Below, one piece after another: positions 59,219-64,000 of a stretch of 64,000 nt of DNA. Below the pieces are notes generated by a model. It did not search any database. It was given only the letters and a program-made list of their open reading frames with translations, and was not told the origin of the DNA. This stretch comes from an uncultured Candidatus Woesearchaeota archaeon. GTDB taxonomy: Archaea > Nanobdellota > Nanobdellia > Woesearchaeales > UBA525. Positions within the stretch are counted from its first letter, which is position 1, and every line of letters begins with the position of its first letter. The position numbers and the translations under genes are program-made. The stretch covers positions 19-64,018 of the forward strand of contig CAVRUV010000024.1 of assembly GCA_963724455.1 (NCBI GenBank), given 5' to 3'.

Positions 59219-60007
59219 ATGCAACCGATTCGCAACATGTTCAATGAGATCCAGTTTGAACTAGTAAAATTAATACTCTTGAATGTTTTCTTATCCTCCA
59301 TCATTGTATTTCTGATAGCAGATTTTGTGGCTCTTATTTTTTCTATGCCAATATTATATGTAATAATACTCGCCAGTATATATTTTTTAATTACATTCAT
59401 CATGGAAGTGCGTAAGATCAGCGTGCATTATGTCGAGGAGAAAAATCCTGAATTACGAGAAATATTACGAACTGCAAAAGATAATATGGGCGAAGATACT
59501 ATAATGGCTCACGCACTTTTTTATGAAGTGCTTGAGAAGATGAAGCGTGTATCTAGCGGAACATTCCTCGATTTTAAGAAGCTTGTTTTGAAAATTAGTG
59601 CAATCTTTATTTTAGCAATCGTGCTTGTGAGTTTAGCATTTTTCAATATTAACATTGCTAAATTTGAAGACCCGTTGAGTGTGCCTCTTCGAGCAATTAG
59701 CGATTTCTTTGGCAAATTGGCTGGACAAGATGTGCAAGCTGCCGATCAAGCAAACGCTGATGTCTTTGGCGATCCAAGCATGGCAAAATTAGGTAATAAT
59801 CAGCTTGTTGCAACAGTAAACCCTTCGCTTTCCTCTCCTGACTTCAATAATATAGATCCTTCTGCACCGAGCAATAATCCACTAGCAGATATTGGTGCAG
59901 CAGGTCAAGTAGGATTTAATACGCCAGGATCTGGCGCAGCATCAACATTATCAGATAAGGAATTACAGCGCGTTGACAATTATTGGACGAGTACGCAAAA
60001 GAAATGA
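59219..60007 (+). CDS. membrane protein of unknown function
   Basis: 262 aa, 3 hydrophobic segments, low-complexity C-terminus. Sits within the MoxR/VWA block. Confidence 0.45.
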   Translation: MQPIRNMFNEIQFELVKLILLNVFLSSIIVFLIADFVALIFSMPILYVIILASIYFLITFIMEVRKISVHYVEEKNPELREILRTAKDNMGEDTIMAHALFYEVLEKMKRVSSGTFLDFKKLVLKISAIFILAIVLVSLAFFNINIAKFEDPLSVPLRAISDFFGKLAGQDVQAADQANADVFGDPSMAKLGNNQLVATVNPSLSSPDFNNIDPSAPSNNPLADIGAAGQVGFNTPGSGAASTLSDKELQRVDNYWTSTQKK

Positions 60008-60145
60008 AAATATGGGGATAATCATCAGATAATTATATTGCAGATAATTATATTACAATCATAGTAGTTGTGCAGAGTATACAAAACACTTAAAACAACA
60101 AATAATTAAAACAAATAGACATGGTACATTCACTGGAGGAATAAT

Positions 60146-61099
60146 ATGGCAACCGAAGACGCGGTCAAGAACATCGAAAAGCTCAAAGCAACATTCACCA
60201 ACGTACGTTCAGAGATCGGAAAAAAGATTGTGGGACAAGAAGACGTAATTGAACAGATAGTAATCAGCATTCTTTGCGACAGCAACGCACTGCTTGAGAG
60301 CTATCCTGGACTGGGAAAAACAAGCATGGTAAAAGCAGTAGCTGAAACAATGAACATGCACTTCTCAAGAATTCAAGGAACCCCTGATCTTATGCCATCC
60401 GATATCACTGGTACATATGTTATCGAGGAGAAAGACGGCAAGAAAGTCTTCAAGTTCCAACGCGGACCATTGTTTGCAAACATCGTGCTTGTTGATGAGA
60501 TAAATAGAGCAACTCCAAAAACACAAGCAGCACTACTTGAAGCAATGCAGGAAAAGCAAGTGACTGTTGGCAATCAGACCTTTGAATTAGAAAAACCATT
60601 TTTCGTACTTGCAACACAAAACCCAATTGATCAAGAAGGAACATATCCTCTGCCGGAAGCACAAACTGACCGTTTTTTGCTTAAGATATTGGTTAAGTAT
60701 CCGAACGTTGATCAGGAAGTAGAAATCGTTGATCGCTACACAAAGCCGCAAGAAAACGAGCAGCTGCAACAGTTATTGTCCGGCGAGAGCGTAATGCTAC
60801 TACAGAAATTGACAAGACAGGTTCCTATTGCAAATGACATTAAGCGTCGCGCAGTAGAAATTGTTGTAAAAACAAGAAATATGCCGGAGCTCATTGAGTA
60901 CGGCGCAAGCCCTCGTGCAAGCATCGGAATAATTCTAGCTGCAAAAGCAAAAGCACTCATGGATGGCCGCAAGTTCGTCTCAGTTAAAGACATTGAAGAT
61001 ATGGCTCTACCAGTACTTCGCCACAGAATCGTGCTCAGCTTCAAAGCAGAACGCGCAGGTAAGAGTGCAGACGATGTCATCAGAGATTTATTAAAATAG
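60146..61099 (+). CDS. MoxR-family AAA+ ATPase
   Basis: Walker A ESYPGLGKTSMV, Walker B VLVDEINRATPKTQAALLEAMQE, then ATQNPIDQEGTYPLPEAQTDRF. GGAGG SD. Confidence 0.85.
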   Translation: MATEDAVKNIEKLKATFTNVRSEIGKKIVGQEDVIEQIVISILCDSNALLESYPGLGKTSMVKAVAETMNMHFSRIQGTPDLMPSDITGTYVIEEKDGKKVFKFQRGPLFANIVLVDEINRATPKTQAALLEAMQEKQVTVGNQTFELEKPFFVLATQNPIDQEGTYPLPEAQTDRFLLKILVKYPNVDQEVEIVDRYTKPQENEQLQQLLSGESVMLLQKLTRQVPIANDIKRRAVEIVVKTRNMPELIEYGASPRASIGIILAAKAKALMDGRKFVSVKDIEDMALPVLRHRIVLSFKAERAGKSADDVIRDLLK

Positions 61100-61210
61100 A
61101 ATTAGATGATGAATTACTTTTTTTATTATTTACATTTTCAATTCCTATTTTTTATTTAACTATTATTAGTAAATCAATCATTCGTTAGTAAACGATGTTA
61201 GTAAACAATA

Positions 61211-61306
61211 GTGCTGCCTTGGCGCAGAACAGAAAATACATCGATTATTGCAGATGTGTTTTCGTAGAACCCCGGACCGGATGGGAGGATAGATGCGCCG
61301 CAGCAC
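61211..61306. other. GC-rich ~96-nt hairpin region between the MoxR and DUF58 genes
   Basis: GTGCTGCCTTGGCGCA (61211-61226) pairs with TGCGCC-GCAGCAC (61294-61306). An inner ACATC/GATGT hairpin is present. The 3' arm contains GGGAGG plus ATG of a 7-codon ORF (MRRSTKNE). Confidence 0.35.
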
Positions 61307-61328
61307 AAAAAACGAATAGAGAAGAACA

Positions 61329-62180
61329 ATGGTTATCGATACTGAATTCCTAAAGAGCCTTGACCGATTGCAGGTTATTCTTAAGAAGAGAATCTATGCT
61401 GATAAGCAAGGGGCTCACCAGGCTGCGCATGGCGGTCAAGGTTTGGTCTTTCAGGATTTCAAAGCGTATGTACCAGGCGATGACTTTAGGCATATCGATT
61501 GGAAGATCTACGCAAGAACTGATAAGTTCTATATCAAGCGCTTTGAAGCAGAAAGAAATCTTGTTGTACATGTGCTTGTTGATTCTAGTGCAAGCATGAA
61601 TTTCGGTAATAAGACAACGAAGTTCGAGTACGCCGCACAAATTGGTCTTGGCGTATCATATATTGCTCTACGCAACAACGAGAAGTTCAATCTTAGTACT
61701 TTTACTGAGCACGTTCAAGCGTTCAAAGCTAAAAAGGGCGCATCAAATCTTGCATACTTGTTTGATTACATGGGCGTCATGCGCGTTGATGGCAAGAGTA
61801 ACTTCTTGCAAAGCATGGATGAGTACCGTAAGCACATCACTTCAAGAAGCATGATTGTTCTTATCAGCGACTTCTTGTACGACCTTGATGAAGTAGAAGA
61901 AGTAATAAGCAGATATCATAAGAGTCAAGTCATAGTCATACAGGTGCTCGATGTAGAAGAGCGCGATCTTTCTTTGATAGGCGATGTTATTCTCGAGGAT
62001 GCTGAAACCCAAGATAAGATGCATACTTTCATCAGCATGCGCATGAAGAACACTTATCAGCAGAAACTAGATGAGCATATAGCAAAACTTAAGGTCATAT
62101 GCGAGCGACACAATGCAAGCTTCATCAGTCTTAGCACTAACACTCCAATTTTCGAAGCATTCTATCATATGTTTAGATAA
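61329..62180 (+). CDS. DUF58-family protein (MoxR partner)
   Basis: DDFRHIDWKIYARTDKFYIKRFEAERNLVVHVLVDSSASMNFG is the DUF58 signature. Confidence 0.8.
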   Translation: MVIDTEFLKSLDRLQVILKKRIYADKQGAHQAAHGGQGLVFQDFKAYVPGDDFRHIDWKIYARTDKFYIKRFEAERNLVVHVLVDSSASMNFGNKTTKFEYAAQIGLGVSYIALRNNEKFNLSTFTEHVQAFKAKKGASNLAYLFDYMGVMRVDGKSNFLQSMDEYRKHITSRSMIVLISDFLYDLDEVEEVISRYHKSQVIVIQVLDVEERDLSLIGDVILEDAETQDKMHTFISMRMKNTYQQKLDEHIAKLKVICERHNASFISLSTNTPIFEAFYHMFR

Positions 62181-62586
62181 TCTATCACGTGTTCAGATGA
62201 TTGTCTAATGATTCTAAGATTTTTTATTTTGTTTTGATAGTTCTTAGTGATTTCTAAAAAATGTCCCTGTATGTTGACAATAAATAGTTTTTTTTATTTT
62301 CCAAACTCTCTTTTTATGAACTTTTCATCATTTTTAATTCAGTTTTCATATTTTTTTCATTCAAATTCTTTCAAAACGCATTTTTTGGTGCAAAAACCAT
62401 TTTTAGCAAAAAGTTTTAAGCATTTTTGATGTAAAATTTGTATTTTTTTCATTTTGTCGACGATAAAATTGTGTGTTATCATTGCATTGGAGCACTTTTG
62501 TTTTTTTATATGTTTTATTTTATCGACGACAAAAAAATATTCCTAAAATTTTTTTAAATCGTAATACAGATTTCAAAAAGTGAAAG

Positions 62587-62594
62587 TTTAAATA
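62587..62594 (+). promoter_or_regulatory. archaeal TATA-box-like element upstream of the mini-ORF
   Basis: TTTAAATA preceded by purine-rich GTGAAAG (BRE-like), 46 nt upstream of ATG 62640. Confidence 0.35.
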
Positions 62595-62639
62595 CACCTA
62601 AATACGTAAATACAATATTAAAATCACGGAGGCGAATCC

Positions 62640-62681
62640 ATGGCAGCAAAGAAGAAAGCAGCAGCAAAGAAGAAGAGATAA
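62640..62681 (+). CDS. 13-codon Lys/Ala mini-ORF (MAAKKKAAAKKKR)
   Basis: GGAGG (62628-62632) lies 7 nt upstream of the ATG. A T-rich tract follows the stop (ctttttctttttttatttttt). It is isolated within a 730-bp non-coding region. Confidence 0.35.
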   Translation: MAAKKKAAAKKKR

Positions 62682-62909
62682 GTCCTAGGGATTTATCCAG
62701 TAAAAACTTTTTCTTTTTTTATTTTTTCTCAGCATTTCTCGACGAAGAATTTTTCAAACGCAGTTTTTGTACTGTTTATAGCACAGTTCATACTATCTTT
62801 TCATTGTTTTTTCAAATTTTTGCAAGACTTTCTTGTTACTTTCTTATTTTTTTAGAAATTTTATAAAATTTGATGCGCTTGATGCAATTTTAGGCATGAA
62901 ACATGCTTT

Positions 62910-63947
62910 CTAACCTAATTTTACGCCACCAAATGAAGATTTTGGTTTTGCAGCTGAAGAAAACTCATCAAAGAAGGGAATTATGATTGGTAGCGCAAAG
63001 GGAACAAAAGTACTAGTAACAATAGCTTCTCCTTTGTCTAAACTAGCAATTGCTCGATCATCTGTAGATAAATCCTGGCTTGCGCTTTCAATCATTGCTT
63101 GACGTTCAGCTTTCATCTCAAGACCAAGGATGATTTTTGTATTCATGTTAGCGAGTATCTCTCTTGGGATGAGTGATGGCAGTTGTGTTATTGCGCATAA
63201 GCCAATTTTGAACTTTCTACCTTCTCTAGCTATTGTTGAAAATATATTCGGTCCTTGTTCAAGGACTTCTTTACCTATGACTCTTGGCGCTTCTTCTAAA
63301 ATAATGCTAACAACTGGTTTTTGCGCCAGTGTTCCATGAAGCTTTGCTTGCTTATATCTGCGCAAGATATCGTTTGCAATAATGCTTCCGACGAGAATTT
63401 CTGTTGCTCCATCAAAGCTTGAAGTATCGATTATGACCATCTCTCCTGCTTCAAGAGAGTTGCAGATATCTTGGATAGTTGTTGTTGCGCCAGATGTTAC
63501 AAAAACTCCATCGGTTTCTATGGTTGTATCGTGTACTTCTAGTCCGAGTACTTGTAAAAGCCGTCGTTTAATTACTGCAAGGGTTCCTTCATTGAAGTTT
63601 ACGCTTAGTTTTTTTTCAAGAAGGATTGCTTCAATCCAGTTCGTGTCGAATTCTTTGTAGTAGTGGGAGAGTGCTTGGCGTTGCGGATCACTCCAGTCGA
63701 CTGCGCCATAGAAATGCTGCGGTTTTAGAAGCGTTAAGTTGAACCTTAAAGTATTGCCGCCAGGTGATGGACTGATGCTATAATGATGGATGCTTTTTGC
63801 ATTTATGTGCTTTGAAAGGACTCCTCTATAGTATTCGTCATGAGGATCAAGAACTAGCATGCCGCAATACTTTTCGTTAGCAAGTTCCCAGAGCAAGCAT
63901 TTTAGCAGATTGGATTTTCCTCTTCCGGTAGTTGCAGCAATAAGCAT
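62910..63947 (-). CDS. HerA/FtsK-like P-loop ATPase (DUF87-type); N-terminal region missing or interrupted
   Basis: Walker [16 protein letters not shown] lies at the extreme N-terminus. Walker [11 protein letters not shown], then [20 protein letters not shown]. The upstream in-frame sequence still looks coding ([10 protein letters not shown]) but an in-frame TAG lies ~14 codons upstream (~63988-63990), and the window ends at 64000. Confidence 0.65.
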   Translation of the reverse strand: MLIAATTGRGKSNLLKCLLWELANEKYCGMLVLDPHDEYYRGVLSKHINAKSIHHYSISPSPGGNTLRFNLTLLKPQHFYGAVDWSDPQRQALSHYYKEFDTNWIEAILLEKKLSVNFNEGTLAVIKRRLLQVLGLEVHDTTIETDGVFVTSGATTTIQDICNSLEAGEMVIIDTSSFDGATEILVGSIIANDILRRYKQAKLHGTLAQKPVVSIILEEAPRVIGKEVLEQGPNIFSTIAREGRKFKIGLCAITQLPSLIPREILANMNTKIILGLEMKAERQAMIESASQDLSTDDRAIASLDKGEAIVTSTFVPFALPIIIPFFDEFSSAAKPKSSFGGVKLG

Positions 63948-64000
63948 GTGGTGTGATAATGAGCAATACGTAAACGTAGTCGAAGAGCACTAACATAACA

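Noticed and set aside
61100-61130. An ATGATGA string after the MoxR stop, considered as the C box of a C/D-box sRNA.
   Set aside because: No CTGA D box or D' box lies at a suitable distance, and there is no terminal stem.
63948-64000. Considered stop-codon reassignment (TAG read as sense) to explain the in-frame TAG upstream of the HerA-like ATPase.
   Set aside because: TAG functions as an ordinary terminator for other well-supported genes in the same segment, for example the parvulin gene ending at 22645. A split or truncated gene, or an error, is more likely.

Overview
All calls come from reading the ORF translations and the raw sequence; no database search was possible. The window is not one locus. 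It looks like three unrelated genomic backgrounds joined without spacers, with a truncated gene on each side of each joint.

(A) 1 to ~1645: a high-GC bacterial fragment. It holds a frameshift-riddled IS21 istA remnant, a disrupted chymotrypsin-fold protease-like gene and a truncated dodecin-like ORF.

(B) ~1645 to ~15733: a mid-GC segment with Bacteroidota (Cytophagales-like) gene content. It carries a rhamnose module (aldolase/dehydrogenase fragment, RhaT), a RES-Xre toxin-antitoxin pair, an MFS transporter, a HAD dehalogenase, a GH2 hydrolase and a dienelactone hydrolase. It also has an AraC regulator, a DUF1080 protein, and two TAT-signal Gfo/Idh/MocA oxidoreductases, one of them frameshifted.

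(C) ~15733 to 64000: a very AT-rich archaeal, DPANN-like segment. The archaeal assignment rests on an AglB/STT3 with a WWDFG motif, a class III signal-peptide pilin, an intron-containing tRNA-His with a helix-bulge-helix-like fold, an SRP RNA and TATA-like promoter boxes.

The most interesting items are all in segment C:
- a tRNA-adjacent block encoding a membrane-tethered, Cys-rich-ectodomain HNH nuclease, followed by an Rx4H (HEPN-like) protein, further single-pass membrane proteins and an XRE regulator. This is the best candidate for an undescribed system;
- two class II RNR (NrdJ) paralogs next to a CobA adenosyltransferase, where the ATP-cone paralog has lost conserved catalytic and redox residues;
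- an AglB / two half-size EamA / GT9 block, suggesting a heterodimeric lipid-linked-glycan flippase;
- several unannotated structured or palindromic intergenic elements and tandem repeats;
- an extracytoplasmic thiol-oxidoreductase cluster plus a parvulin fused to a redox-dead paralog of the same Trx-like domain;
- a MoxR/DUF58/VWA block;
- a 13-codon Lys/Ala mini-gene with its own promoter-like, SD-like and terminator-like signals.
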